A stretch of 63,644 bases of DNA, counting the filler, from Reticulomyxa filosa (lineage: Eukaryota > Protista > Foraminifera): NCBI GenBank assembly GCA_000512085.1. It is 19 parts of 19 records of this genome, joined end to end, with 100 filler letters (N's around TTAATTAATTAA, not from the genome) between each part and the next. Parts side by side here need not be neighbours in the genome. Positions count along the whole stretch, not along the records: positions 20,629 to 27,755 come from ASPP01021759.1; positions 27,856 to 29,308 come from ASPP01027977.1; positions 29,409 to 30,408 come from ASPP01045577.1; positions 30,509 to 32,493 come from ASPP01034433.1; positions 32,594 to 34,567 come from ASPP01018415.1; positions 34,668 to 38,086 come from ASPP01025250.1; positions 38,187 to 40,098 come from ASPP01022374.1; 12 more parts are not named here. One strand, 5' to 3'. Of the stretch, positions 25,101-39,200 are shown piece after piece (position 1 is the first letter of the stretch; every line of letters starts with the position of its first letter). Position numbers and translations under genes: made by a program. The notes beneath the pieces were generated by a model. That model worked only from the letters and a program-made list of their open reading frames with translations, had not been told where the DNA came from and searched no databases.

Positions 25101-27722
25101 TGTTTGGAGAGGCCTCAACCTGATAGTGAAAGTATAAAGGAGGGTTATTTGGCATTCCGTTGAGATGGATTGTATTTGAGGGCCCGTTGTTATTATCCGC
25201 ATTCATCAATCCATTGGTTGGTTGACTGTTGTTCACAACACCTCCAACTAGCAGCATACTTTGTGGGCGAACTACCCCGTTTTCTGATGGCGTTGAATCT
25301 GTCGAACCATTGATACTATTGTCGTTGCCTGAGGCGGGTCCATGCAAAAATTGACATCTGTTTTTTTGCAATTTGTATTATGTGCTTTCACGAAAACAAG
25401 CCAATAGCAACAAAAAAAAAACAATCCAAAAAACGTACAAAACTAAAAAAAATTTGTCACAGTCAGACAAACTTGAAACAAAACAAATACAAGGCAATTT
25501 CGGGGTTTTATTGAGAACAAATTTTTTTTTAAAAAACATGGAAACAATTGTGTTGTTTTAACACCAATTTTTTTAAAATTCATTTACTTGTTATAATTAA
25601 GAAAAAAAACAAACAAACCTGTGTTCATAAGGACAATAGCCTTGAGTGTCCCAGTTTCGACATCGTTTTGTGCGCCATTTTTTGCTACGAAAAACTGGTC
25701 TTAGTTCTTGTAACCCGTGCGAAAACGAACAACGTTTTCCATAGTAACACCAACCTTACCAATTTTTTCAAAGCAACACATACAATACTTCTTATGTTTT
25801 TCATCAAAAAAAAAAAAGATGTTGGTCCAATTAAATGTTAAATTTTTTATTTTATTGTTTTTATGTGTTCCAATAGTTCAAATAAAACGATGAAAGATTT
25901 AATGACAGAACAAAAAAACAAAAAACGACTGTGCTTTTGGAATACAGACACAGTCAGAGAAATGCACAGCTCACCACTTTGGGCCCATTCACGACATAAT
26001 TCAGTTTTAAATAGAGATTGATGATCTTTTGGTTTGGGTAATGATTGATTTGTAAACTAACAAGAATACATTTTGTGTTTATATTCCAATTTTTTGACAG
26101 ATCTGTTCTCGAACAAAAAAACACTTTCCAAACAAGCAATTACGTACAGTAAACACCTCGGTGATTATGTTAATGTTGTGTCCGTCAAAGTGAACCGGAA
26201 CCGGAACTGCTATATCTGCGGTAAATGACATCTTGGTCTGTTGTCAACTTCGTTTGTGCTGGCTTCTGTTTCAATATTTGTTGTTTGCGTTTGTTGGTTG
26301 TTGTGCACTTTTGTTTAAGTCGAGTAGTTCGGAAATCATTCATGTAACATGCCTTTGAAACTTAAACTTATTAAAAGGCACAAAAAATAATATCTTGCTA
26401 ATTAGAACGTGAATATGAGTGCACAATTTTCTAGAAGCAGTTAAAAAAAGCCGAAAGCTGCTTTAAAAAAAATATACAAACAAAAATGAAACGTACCAAT
26501 GTGCTTTTAATAAATGTTTGTAAATCGATCATAGGCAAAGAAAGTTTTCAGCTGCTAGGATGCTTATATAATTTTTCTAAATTTTTTTAGCAAATTTTAA
26601 AAATTTGGTATCCTCTTGGTTACGCTATACTTTGCAGAAAAATACAAGATCTATTTTATTGTTATAAACGACGTGGCTTAAGTGTTTAAGTCTCCTGTTT
26701 CAGCCCTTTGTCGAAAGCAAAAGGCATATGAATGTACAAAATGACACATGGCTACTCTTTGTGGAAATTGCCTCACGATGGCCAAACCTTTGATTTCTCT
26801 TTTCCTTTTATTCTAAAAAAATGCATTGCTGACCTCCACAGTAAATTTATTGACATCAAAGTTTTCCCCTTGCGCATTAATTGTGTTGTGTTCTGATTTG
26901 TCTCTTCGTAAGACCTTTCGTTTTGAACCATCTTTTTTCAAATTGCCGTAACTAACGTGTGGAGTAAGTTTTCTTGTTTCTAATGTACTATCTCCACTGG
27001 TTTGACTATTTTCGTTTGTAATCGTGCTGGAATGTACAAGTTCATTATCTTGTTGTTGTTTCCGTTTTTTTTGTATATCAACTTGGACTGCCGTTGATCC
27101 ATCAGAATCGATATACGTTGGTGATGTTGCTTATTGAATGTGGACTGCGACTCACTCCTCCACTCTCGATTATCCGATTCTTTCTTGTCACTCTCTGGTT
27201 CCTTTTCCTTTGTTTCTTCGGTACTCTTTTTATTTGTTTTTTTAAATGTGTTATTTCATTATTTTGCACGTCAGATCAGCAACAGCAAAAACAAGATAAT
27301 GCGCAAACACATACAATATATATATATACATATACCAGATCACTGTTGATACGAACTGCACCTTGCAAAGCTCTAGTGGCTTTTCCTTTTTTGCGATAGA
27401 ATATGTTAGTGAAAAACGATCCTTCTGCAGTCCAAAAAAGATAAAGACAAACAAAACATTCTTTTATTAATTCTATTTTTTTTTTTTTTTTTAAGTGATA
27501 AAAAAAAAGTATTGAACTGTTTTCTTCTGGCAACGAAGTCAAAGTTTCAGATGGTTTGGATTCAACTTGCACATCTACATCTTGCAAACTCAGCATACTC
27601 CCACCTACTAATTTCTTTCCCATGACCAGCAATTCCGGTGCAAGTTGAGTAGATCGCTTACTGAGCTGGCTGTAGAATTGTCCAAGCATATCGGATTCTT
27701 GCGCGTGTTCTATTTTGTTATA
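22134..27722 (-). CDS. Large low-complexity protein with a TTP/ZFP36(Tis11)-type tandem CCCH zinc finger
   Basis: Removing introns 25755-25974 and 25358-25618 gives FKTELCREWAQSGWCYYGKRCSFSHGLQELRPVFRSKKWRTKRCRNWDTQGYCPYEHRCQFLH. Joining of the distal S/T/N-rich exons into one gene is inferred. Confidence 0.8.
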
Positions 27723-27855
27723 TGACGCCACAAAAATAAGGCAAAACAAAAAAAANNNNNNNNNNNNNNNNNNNNNNNNNNNNNNNNNNNNNNNNNNNNT
27801 TAATTAATTAANNNNNNNNNNNNNNNNNNNNNNNNNNNNNNNNNNNNNNNNNNNN

Positions 27856-28142
27856 CATTTTCATTTGTAGCATTATTTTTTGTTTCTTGCTTTTTTGCTT
27901 TTTTTTCTGCTTTATTTTTCTTTTTTGATTCTTTTGCATTCTCACTCTTTTCATTTTTTTCATTCTTTTCTTCTTTTATTTCTTCCTTTTTCGCTTGTTT
28001 TTCTTGCTTTGGCTTTGGTTCTTCTTTTGGCGCTGAACTTACTTCTGGCAACGCCAACACCTCATTAAGGAGATCATTTATTCGCTCCGACAAGGGTTTG
28101 TCGCGTTTAAAATATCTCCCTTGTTGAATAGAAGTGGACATG
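27856..28142 (-). CDS. Lys/Glu-rich hypothetical protein, 3'-partial
   Basis: ATG-initiated MSTSIQQGRYF..., open to the contig end. Confidence 0.55.
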
Positions 28143-28641
28143 ATTTTTTTCACACGGAAAACTTTGACTCTTTTCAAAAGAAACTCTTTTTCGTAACAGA
28201 TCTGAAGTGTAATAATTTGTTGCTTTTCAAATAAGTATTAGACAGGAAAGCAACTTTAAGTATAGATTATTTAATTGTTGTTTGTTTAAACTAGAGGCTT
28301 TTTAAAAAATGCATTCTAGTACGCTTTGAATTATCGTTATGTCCTTGTCTATCGCACGATAAACAATGTTTAAAATAAGTTAAACTTTTCATTTTATGAA
28401 TATTTTTTCTATTCGGTAAATTAACGTTGAAAAGTTCAATGATCAATTGTGTCGTAAAAATATTGTTTAAAAGTGCAGCCAAATATGATGTAAGTAATTA
28501 AACATCAATATAACCGGAACTTAAATTCTTATTTTATTGTATGTTCAATATTTGAACTAACAATGGTAAAGACACTAAATGCAATATTTTGAGTTTGTCA
28601 TATAGGCTGGTTTTCAGTCAAAGAGAAAAAGAAAAGGGATA

Positions 28642-29113
28642 ATGACAACTCTTGAATATAAAAAAAAAATTTCGGGGACAGTAATGGATAGCACAAGATT
28701 AGATGTAAAATTTTTAGCAGATGAAAGAGAATTGTATGACGAATTGCAAACGTGTACAGATGAAGACGAGTTGTTGATATTGATGAGTAACATCCAAGCG
28801 CATTTTTCGGAAGAGCTGCAAAAGCAGCAAGAGCAGATTTGTGAGCGGCACAAGCAGCTTATCAAAGAAAAAGAGCAAGAGAAGGAGGGAGTGAAAGTGG
28901 ACAAGTCATCATTTTTCAAAGCAAGTCAAAATATACCGTCGATGATGAAAGCAGGTATAACAAGCACATCAGGTAAATACCAAGTTCGCAGCGACAGCAA
29001 GTCGCAGGATCGGCCCTCTGTCGACGATAAGGATCACTTTGAAAACAAGCATAAATTGGATGCGTCAATGCCCTTGTTTACACCACGCACAAAGTATGGC
29101 ACATATCGACTCG
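28642..29113 (+). CDS. Hypothetical coiled-coil protein, first exon
   Basis: 157-codon ORF ending at G|GTTAAG before an intron-like poly-A/TA tract. Divergent from the previous gene. Confidence 0.6.
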
Positions 29114-29266
29114 GTTAAGTTGCAAAAAAAAAAAAAAAGATATTTATATATACATATACATAAATATATATATATATATTTTTTTTTTTTGCACTAACGT
29201 ATACTTTCTCGCTCCCTCCCTCCCCCTTTATATATATATATATGTTTTTGAGGTTGTTATATCAAT

Positions 29267-29308
<42 letters not shown>

Positions 29309-32282
29309 NNNNNNNNNNNNNNNNNNNNNNNNNNNNNNNNNNNNNNNNNNNNTTAATTAATTAANNNNNNNNNNNNNNNNNNNNNNNNNNNNNNNNNNNN
29401 NNNNNNNNCAAATCGTCTTTATCGACATCCTCTTCTTCTTCTTCTTTCCCGTCCTCCTTTTATCCTTTTTTTTGCACGTATTATGTTGTCGCTTTAGTTG
29501 CTTATGTCCTTTCGCTTGGATTATGCTTAGTCATCATGTTTGAATGGAAACATGCACAGGTTTGATTTAACTTCTTTTGTGATATTTGCCTATTCAAAAA
29601 TAATAACAATAACATATATATGTGCATGTATATTTATTTATTATTTTAACTTACTTGTTTGTATGTTTATCCTCCCCAAAGCCTGCTTTGTTATACTTAG
29701 TTCCTGGGGTATTGGTAACAGTATCACTTGCTGCCTTTTTCCGAAAGGAATTTGACAAGCTCTGGAGTTATGAAGAATCTGATAAGCATAAAAAACATTG
29801 AAACTATAAATCCATACACTAACATTTTGGCATTGTTTTCGCCACGTTCTTTTTCTTCTTTCCTCTGCCACTTAAATCTTGTCTTATTCCAATAATAAAA
29901 AAAAATAGCTGTTATATTTTATTAAAGAAGGATTCGATTAAAAAAAAAAAAAAAAAAGAATAAAAGTGAATTAATTACAATTAAAATAACTTTTTCTTCA
30001 AATAAACAAAAAAGCATATGTTAATGTCTTGTTTTCTTTTTTTGGTATAAAAAAATATAAAAATATGCACTTGTGATCCAGCTTGCTATCTATTTTGACT
30101 ATCGGACTCCAATTTTGTTTATTTGGAGAATTCACAACTCTTTTTTTTATTCCTTACGGGGCGCTGTTTTTATTTATAAAACTGTAGAACCTCTCAAATG
30201 GTCATGCACTACCTTAATAGAATTTATATTGCTTTTTTCTTACAAAAAGCTATTTATTACAATTGACTCTAAAAAAAAAAGCAGTTCCTCTAAAACCGGT
30301 CTTTAAAAAATCAAACCTTAAAAAGGTTATTTTTTTACAAATTCTGAAGCAGAAATAATTTTATTATTTGTCCGTGCTTGATTTAATAAAAGTTTGACTT
30401 TTTAAGGGNNNNNNNNNNNNNNNNNNNNNNNNNNNNNNNNNNNNNNNNNNNNTTAATTAATTAANNNNNNNNNNNNNNNNNNNNNNNNNNNNNNNNNNNN
30501 NNNNNNNNAAAATTTTGAAAAGTTTTTTTTAAATAAATTTGATTGTAATTTTATGCGTCAGTTCATTTTGGGGGATTTTTTTTTTTGCGTGTTAATAAAT
30601 GATTATGATTATTTCAACGAACCAAGCCGAACACATAAAAAAGAGCTGATATGATACTATCCTGCAACTTATTTAGAGTTATACACTCTCAACCGAATTC
30701 AAATGGAGCAAAAGTTTTCTGAACAGAAAACTTCTTATTTTTAAGATTTTTGGCCCCTTTTTTAGCGGTAACATTATGTTACTCCTTTGAAAATATTTAT
30801 AACAAATAATGCAAAATGTAACATATCATTTGCTATTTTTGGATACAATCATCAAAACATTCTGCATTACAACAAAAATTTCATTATATAAATAAATGTT
30901 TTTGAGAACAAGAAAGTACAGTGCAAAATGTTTCCATATTTTTTATTTCATTAGTTAAAGCACCAAAACTTTACATCACATGATGACATGAACTTGTTGA
31001 ATAGAAAATGTTTTGTTTGCAACATATCTTTGAATTTCATTAAGAATGTTGTATATTTATCGAATTTCAAACGTATGAATAGTTAGTCAATAAAACAAAT
31101 CTATTAGTTTTTGCTTCAGTGAGCATAGGATATTGTGATGCATCATTGTTTCTTTGGCACAATAATATAGATTTTTGTTTTTCTAGATAATTTCCTACTC
31201 ATTTATGCATTTGATGATTAAAGTGTAATGTGTTTGCAAGTGTATACAGACACGTCGTCAAAGAAATACTCTCAGCAATATCGTGCAATATATAGTATAT
31301 TTATCACTGAAAGATGAGTCGAATAAAGAGCTTCAAATCTCTTTATGAGACGCTTTAAAAAAATTAACCCACTTTGTTTGTTACGAGAAGGACAAGATTT
31401 TTTTAGTCTGTTTACATAAACTCAACATTTTTTCAAGACAGTATCAACAAAGTTAGAAGTTGGTCATTTTCCAAAACTAGTGAAGACGACAAAAATAAAA
31501 TAAAATGGAACTACTCCCTTTTTAAACGTCTTTTCGATTATATTATTTTGACTTTATATTTTCATTTAATTTAATGCTTTTGTCTTCCCTTAGTGGAAAT
31601 TCTTGGCCGGAGTTACTTTTTTCTTTTAAAACAAATAATTTTAGATAAGTCTTAATTGTAATTGTACTAATGAAGAAAATGAAAGAGATAAATCAACAAA
31701 AATTTATGAATAAGAAAGTCCAAAGATTGACAATTTTTTTTGTCATAGTTTTAAAAAAAATTAATTTGGTAATGTTGAAAAAGTTTAATCTCAATAATGT
31801 TTGCAATCAGCCAGCAAACTTCAAAGATATTCTTTTATATTCAAACCTTGAAGCAATGCAGTGCTGAAAAAAGCTGTCCTTCCTATTACCTTTAAACAAA
31901 TTATAACTATATCATTTATGTAACAGACATTAAGATTTATTGAAATTTCAATACTCGGTCTGAAAAGACATTTATTTAATCATTGTATTTTGAATTTTTT
32001 TTTCATTTAATTTATCATCTCTAGATTATTCAATACATTTATTGGGCATCATTTAGCATTTGGTGATTGAACAACGAATAGCAATTGATAAGTATCTTAT
32101 ATACAAAGAAAAATATTATAAAGATTGACTTTAGTGGATACTCTATTTGCTGAGTCGTTAACAATTGTAATGTTTAAATAATCTTATTGACGAGTAATTA
32201 TTACAAACAACAGATATTCACGCAGTAACATAAGTAATATTCATGTTGTTAGGATTGATTAGTATTTTTAAAAACTGACGAA

Positions 32283-32493
32283 AGAACAAAACTTGTGTAT
32301 AAGTATTCAATGAAAGATAAAACATGGAATCAATGCAAAATCACATTACCAATGAAAATTAATTCATCATTTGCAATTTTGAGTGATGATGATGCAAATG
32401 TTCATGTCATTGGTGGATTTGATGCAAAATATGAAATACAGAAAAAGCGTGTGAGTGTGAATGTAGATGAACTATTTGAAAAATCAGAATTAT
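32283..32493 (+). pseudogene. Isolated Kelch-like repeat fragment
   Basis: VYKYSMKDKTW...TLP...AILSDD...VHVIGG is paralogous to VHKYSIRENKW...TLP...AILSEDNTYVHIIGG at about 52250-52370. No upstream ORF. Confidence 0.7.
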
Positions 32494-32661
32494 NNNNNNN
32501 NNNNNNNNNNNNNNNNNNNNNNNNNNNNNNNNNNNNNTTAATTAATTAANNNNNNNNNNNNNNNNNNNNNNNNNNNNNNNNNNNNNNNNNNNNTTTTTTT
32601 TTTTTTTTTTTTTTTTTTGAGACGTGTCAAATATAAGACATTTGGCTGAATGCACAAAAAG

Positions 32662-33464
32662 ATTGCTGGGAGTGCCGAATACACAAACATGGCCTGATGG
32701 TATAAAGCTGAGACATTGGAGAGATCAACAGTGGCCGAAATGGAAATCCAAAGATTTGAATGAAGAATTGCCAATGTTTAAAGACGAACCAATGGCTGTT
32801 GACCTTGTCACTGTTAATTTACTTTATATATACATTATACATATACATATATGTATACACGTGTAAATGAATACAAGCACTTTTGTATGTAATGTTATTT
32901 GTGACTTGAAATGCAAAGCGCATGTTGGCAATGAATCCAGCGCAAAGACCCTCGGCAAGGGCCTTACTTGATGGACACTTGTATTTGAAAGGCAGAAAGC
33001 GGTGCGTGCCCACCACCAAGACGATTCCCAATTCCTACATGTTTTCTGCAAGAACGGGGTCGACGTATAACAACTCCAACATAATCAAGAAAGACGTGAT
33101 GGATGCCCAAAAAAGATATGCACATGGTCTGTCGACAAACAAGGATGGTATATACATGTATTTGTTTACCTATTTGTTGAAATTGGATCTTTTTGTTGAA
33201 ATGTAATAGATGGAACCCAAAAGGACTTTTTGTTGATGAATAAAAGTCTTTCGGAGTGTCAAACCTATTTAAATTTGGAAAATGAACATGCTACTTCTCG
33301 TGCCTCCGTTTCAGAAAAAAATGAGGCAAGTTTTTTTTTGTTTGTTTTTTTTTTTAGTTTTGTTTTGTTCGATTGAAAACAGATTGCTTGGATATATGTT
33401 TGATGGAAAAAAATTTGGAGGCTTTACAGAAAGCAGTGAATTTATCCGCCAACGCAATAAATGA
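32662..33464 (+). CDS. CMGC/CDK-like protein kinase, C-terminal exons
   Basis: LLGVPNTQTWP...WPKW...DLVT|RMLAMNPAQRPSARALL (intron 32813-32918) matches CDK subdomains X-XI. The last exon is uncertain. Confidence 0.75.
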
Positions 33465-34667
33465 TCACAAAACTCAAAAACTTGTATCTCTGTCTGATGG
33501 GCTGTCGTTCAATTGGAGAGGAGTGTTTGCGAATCATTTCAGGACCAACAGATGATTAAAAACAAATAACTTCTTTTTTTTTTCCCCCTCCTTTCCCTCT
33601 CTCTCTCCTCCCAGATATCTTTCCTTTGTTTTTTTGTATATTGTAATTTTTTCATTTTTGGTTAGCTCATATTTAATTTCAAACTCCTTTCCAAATATTG
33701 ATCCCTACCCTCTTTTTGTGTCCAAGAAGAAATGTCGATAGAATGTACAATTCGTGTGGGAGTTTCGTCTGTGCATAGGTCACTCCTTTTGGAATGATTC
33801 GGTTTATTTATTATTTCCTTTTTTTTTTTGTGTTTGATTGTGGATTGGATGATTTCATTGGGATCATTACAGATTTTAATAATATTTTTTTTTTAACACT
33901 AATTAACTTGGAGGGTGTTATTTAAGAGACGGAATTTCCATAGCTGTTATCTCAAAAAAGTGCAAAACAGATTTTTAAAAATACGATGAATCGTTGAGTG
34001 AACAACGGAATGATGGAATTTTCTTATATTGCACAATGTTTTTAAAAAAAAACAAAGAAAAACAGTGGGATGGACTACTTGTAGCGACTTTGACAAAATT
34101 GTAATTAAACATGTTAAGTGATATCCCCTTTTTAGAAAACTGTACGATTATGGGATGTAAATTCTGGAAAAGAAGCACAAAACAACTGTGTATGCTTTGA
34201 CAAGCTGATGTTATGATAATAGCGGTCGACACGAAGAAAAAGGTGGATGCAACCAAAGTGGGAACCAAACTACATGCAAAGTGAGTGGCGAATGCGCAGG
34301 CGACAGTGGAATCAAGCAATGTCAAGAAAGCATTTATTGCAAAAGGACTAGGATTGACAAAAGCGACATTGTGACAGCCGCTGCTGCTAAATTACAAAGA
34401 CAATATATATTACTATGACAAGCTCAATTGACTAGACAAGCAAATCTACATAAACACAATTGATTAGAATATTATTTATAATAAATTTTATTTGTTTTGC
34501 ATAGGACTGGTCCGGGTTATTTATATTATGTAATTGAAATCAGTTTGTGTAATTTTTGTTTTGTTTCNNNNNNNNNNNNNNNNNNNNNNNNNNNNNNNNN
34601 NNNNNNNNNNNTTAATTAATTAANNNNNNNNNNNNNNNNNNNNNNNNNNNNNNNNNNNNNNNNNNNN

Positions 34668-35003
34668 AAGACCAACGGCAATACCAACAACAACACCAAC
34701 AACAAGACCAACAGTAACACCAACAACAACACCTACAGCAAGACCAACAACAAGACCAACAGCAACACCAACAACAACACCTACAGCAAGACCAACAACA
34801 AAACCAACAGCAACGCCAACAATACCACCTACAACAAGACCAACAACAAGACCAACAGCAACACCAACAACAAGACCAACAACAAGGCCAACAGAACCCC
34901 AACAACAACACCTACAGCAAGACCAACAACAAGGCCAACATCAACACCAACAACAACACCTACAGCAAGACCAACAACAAGACCAACAGCAACACCAACA
35001 ACA
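34668..35003 (+). repeat. 12-bp-based coding minisatellite (ACCAACAACAAG-like)
   Basis: Degenerate tandem units encoding RPTT/TPTA/TPTT. Confidence 0.9.
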
Positions 35004-37935
35004 GTGCCCACAACGAGGCCATCCTCAAATCCTACCACAGTGCCCACCCTCGGTACCTCAAGACCAACGTCAAACCCCACACCAACGCCTTCGGCAAGGC
35101 CTACCATGGAGCCAACGCCAAGGCCGACGATGACTCCCACACTGAGGCCAACGGTGACTCCCACACAAGTGCCTGTGCCAACAAGGACGCCGACAGTGGA
35201 GCCCACGACAATGCCGACCACAAACATGCCAACCGCAAGTCCAACGCCAAGGCCCACATTGCATCCCACTCTGCCGTCCACGCTGTCTCCAACGCAGCTG
35301 CCTGTCAAATCTCCAACGGCATTCCCAATATCACCTACGAAATCGCCGACTTCTTATCCCATAACATCCAGTCCCGTTGCATCTCCGACGTCAGGATCGA
35401 CACTATCGCCCTCGCCACTGCCAACTACTTCCACTTCAGTTACGACTAATCCCACTATCTCCACGTCGGTTACTTCATTTCCTACCATCCTTACGTCGGT
35501 TACTTCATTTCCTACCATCCCTACGTCGGTTACTTCTTTTCCTACCATCCCTACGTCGGTTACTTCATTTCCTACCATCCCCACGTCGGTTACTTCATTT
35601 CCTACCATCCTTACGTCGGTTACTTCATTTCCTACCATCCCCACGTCGGCTACTTCTTTTCCTACCATCCCCACGTCGGTTACTTCCTTCCCTACCATCC
35701 CCACGTCGGCTACTTCTTTTCCTACCATCCCTACGTCGGTTACGTCCTTCCCTACCATCCCCACGTCGGTCACTTCTTTTCCTACCATCCCCACGTCGGT
35801 CACTTCTTTCCCTACCATTCACACTACGCCGACCACCTTCAGTTCAACTTCAGGTTCCTTTTTCTTTGATTGCTTTTCTTCTATTCCTCCTTTGTTATTT
35901 TTATAGTTTAAAAAAAAAACAAACAAACAGGGACAACGGAACTTGACGACGGCATAATTGTGGAGTTGGTGGAGATTATTCTGGAAAATAACGTATTGAG
36001 CTTGGAGGAGTGGAGTCATTTGGACTCGTTTGGCAATATCCAATTTGTCTTCCAGGTAACGATTAGCAATGCGAGTCCCATCCGACCCACTGTGTCATGT
36101 GTCCAATGCTTTGAATGCCAATGGGGCTATTTCGGCGGCCCTCAAACTTGGTCCAGCGCGAACGAGGACGTGCGTGTATTCATCAATAATACGCATACGT
36201 ATTCTCACTCCTATGTGCTCGACGTCTATCTTATTTGGCCTTCCATTCGCACCTCCCATTCCTATTTCTGTCCCGATAGTCGGGCTCTCACCTGGTTTGT
36301 GCAGCCTGCACATTCGTACTGGTTGCGTATGCTTGTCAAAGATCTTTCCACTTCTTCGTTACGAAACAACTTATATGTACATACATATACATGTATGAAT
36401 ATATATATATATTATATACATATCCAGCATATTACGTGAAAGACACGTATACGATAATATCGAAGGGATAATGTTCCTCCGTTCGTTTGTTTGTTTATTT
36501 GTTTGAAAATAGATCTCGTACCTTTGGCAATTGGACGTTTGGCACAGATCGTTTCCCTGAAGTGGTAGACTGCTCTGTTGCCAATTCCCAAGTGCTGCCG
36601 CCGTTGACCCCTTTTCTTTTGCATGCACCACGGTCAACGCCACTTCATTTAATGTCTTGCATAACGGTGAGTCCAGAAGTAAAGAAAGTCATTCCTACGT
36701 TTTTTTTTTTTTTTTTCCTGTACATTATATGTCAAGTATCTTTCACAAACAAACAAAAATAACGTGTATGCGTGCATGCATGGACAGATGTGCTTGTGTC
36801 GAACACATGGAATACGTCGTTGAGTTTCATTAAGCCCCTTTCAAGTGTTGGCAATCAAACCTATATAATTTTGGCAAAGGATGCATTTAATGGAATCACT
36901 TGCAAAAACATTACAGTTTCCTAACCTTATCTTACTCCAAACAACAAATACAAATATAAATGGATGACAAGAATAATAGCAAACCAATATATATGTATAC
37001 GTATATGTATATATGTATGCGTATATGTACATATGTATGCGTATCTCTTGCAATAGGTGGTGTTCAATTCTACCGCAGGTAATGTAACAAGGCTGTTAGC
37101 AAGTGCTAATCTCACCAATTTGAACAACAATCAAATTTTGACATATTGGGATGTAATTACGTCCACTGATCAGTTTTGTTTATATGTGATATGTACGTAT
37201 ATTTGGGCGTACCCATTATGTTAGTTGTGATTTGCACCGGGACAAATGACGTATAGGGGATTCACCATAGCGTCGAGTTCGGTGGAGGCAATGATCTTGG
37301 GCATTGTATCTCGACCTATTTCAAGCATTGATCAATTGATTAACGACTTGGGCACATTGACGGCGATTACAAACACGTACGAGTGGCTGAGCGAGACAAC
37401 GGTGAGCGCTATATTGGGAAATCAGTCTTATGTTTTCAAGGTCATTGCGTTCCTGAATAACTACACATTTACCTGTCCAGCTGGTTTTGACGCAAAGTCC
37501 ATTGAAATCGCGTCTTTGTCGGCGCTCAGTTACACAAACTGCCATTTTTTTTTTTTTTTTTACTTGTTTATTTTGACATTTTTAGTATTGTTTTTTTTTT
37601 CCGTTTGACGTTAGATGTGATCACGAACATTGAATTGGCAATTGTCAACACGTCGTCGAATGCAGATCTATATCAAACCAATAGCTTGGAAGGATTCAGT
37701 TATTTGGGACATAAGAGCTTAGTGAACAAGCTACCCAGTCAATCCAATTTCTTTTTCCGCGATCAGAAAAATGCGCAATTTTCTCGCACGCTTATGAAAA
37801 CGGGCGCTTTCGTTGAATGCACCGTTTTGAATCAACATCACAACGTCCTGTTAACCGTCACTTTGTCCACCGACTTTGTCAATCTCCACGACAATCAAAT
37901 CCTTGATTGTGTTGTCACGACTCAAACGTACAATG
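34668..37935 (+). CDS. Large mucin-like surface protein (PT repeats followed by multi-exon extracellular domains, possibly REJ/polycystin-like), partial
   Basis: RPTT/TPTA repeats, then TSVTSFPTIP repeats, then exons near 35931-36359, 36513-36698, 36789-36846 and 37057-37935 rich in N-x-S/T. Apparent 1-nt frameshift near 34895. Confidence 0.65.
35463..35822 (+). repeat. 30-bp coding tandem repeat, 12 copies
   Basis: ACGTCGGTTACTTCATTTCCTACCATCCCC-like units encoding TSVTSFPTIP, with no spacers. Confidence 0.97.
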
Positions 37936-38289
37936 GTTTGCTTTTCTTTTTGTGTTGCTATGTGTCCATGTATCGTACACAATTAAACAATGCTCACTGG
38001 AAGGGAGAGGGAGAAAGGGGAGGGGGGGGGGAACACTTTCTACCCATGATATCCAATACACACCAAATTCACAAAAAAAAAAAAAANNNNNNNNNNNNNN
38101 NNNNNNNNNNNNNNNNNNNNNNNNNNNNNNTTAATTAATTAANNNNNNNNNNNNNNNNNNNNNNNNNNNNNNNNNNNNNNNNNNNNTTTTTCACTCGTAT
38201 TTGGTATGACACTTTTGGAGGTAACATTCAATTATCAAGGATATATTCGTTTGGTTGAATGTGGCCTTTTTGTAATACGTGCCCAAATT

Positions 38290-39200
38290 TGCTAGTACAT
38301 TTTGACATTGCTTGATCGCACGAGCCTGGTAGTTCCGAATTGAAACAAGAAATTATTGTGATCAATTTCTTCAGCAGCATGTGATTTGACTACGCCAAAG
38401 AACTGCAGCAAATCCAAAACTTTGCCCATCCACCACACGATATTCGCTTGGCTGTTTGGTGTCGTTGCATGTCCGCAATGACATAATATCATCGCCCATC
38501 CGAAGGATACACTTATTAAAGCTCCACAACGAATAACACATGCTCGAGACCGTCATACAGCACAACGTTGGCCATTATAAATGGACTATCCAACTTCAAT
38601 TCGTAATATCTTTATCTTGAAGCCGAGATCTTTGTCGTATTCAGTATTTCAAGCCATTTGTAATGCAAAGGCACACGCTTGCTTTTCACTATCAATGCAA
38701 TTCATCCAATTTGTACAATCCGAAAAACACAGCACACTTCGAAACGGCTTCGTAAAAAACTAGATTTGTTATGGCAATACGCATCGTCCTCACAACTGTA
38801 GTGAAAAAGGCGTGTGTATATATTGTAGGATTCCTTGTTGGGAATATCGTTTGACTTCGTGTTGGCATCAAATTTGAGATTATTGTCGAGGAATGTGAGA
38901 AATGAGGGTGTGGCGTGTTTGAATCAAATTGTGAGGAAGTGATTGTCACAAGGTTGCGTTGAGTTGCAATAGTGCAGGAGAAATAATCCAAACCTCTTTA
39001 CTTCCTCTCAATGGCATGAATACACATATTTTGACAGTGTCGAGGTTGGGGAAGACAGCTAAAATCACATTGAATACGGAGTAGACCCATATGAAGGAGA
39101 TCTTGTATGGTTTGTGTAGGATAGCGACTGTGCTTAACATGACTTCTAATATGTGGTATTTATGGGGCAAATGCTAGGATTTTTGTGGAAGAAATAGAAA
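38290..39200 (-). pseudogene. Degenerate PT-repeat/membrane protein remnant
   Basis: Short ORFs containing MPTRSQTIFPTRNPT and hydrophobic stretches, interrupted by multiple stops. Confidence 0.3.

Noticed and set aside
33975-34380. GC-richer patch with short ORFs downstream of the kinase
   Set aside because: Contains stops on the plus strand and no recognisable motif; no call can be supported.
34612-35818. Antisense Cys-rich and Val/Gly-rich ORFs (similarly 41252-41434 and 59391-59648)
   Set aside because: Shadow frames of Pro/Thr, Ser or Asn repeats on the coding strand.
35463-35822. 30-bp repeats as a CRISPR array
   Set aside because: Head-to-tail with no unique spacers, in frame within a eukaryotic mucin-like exon.
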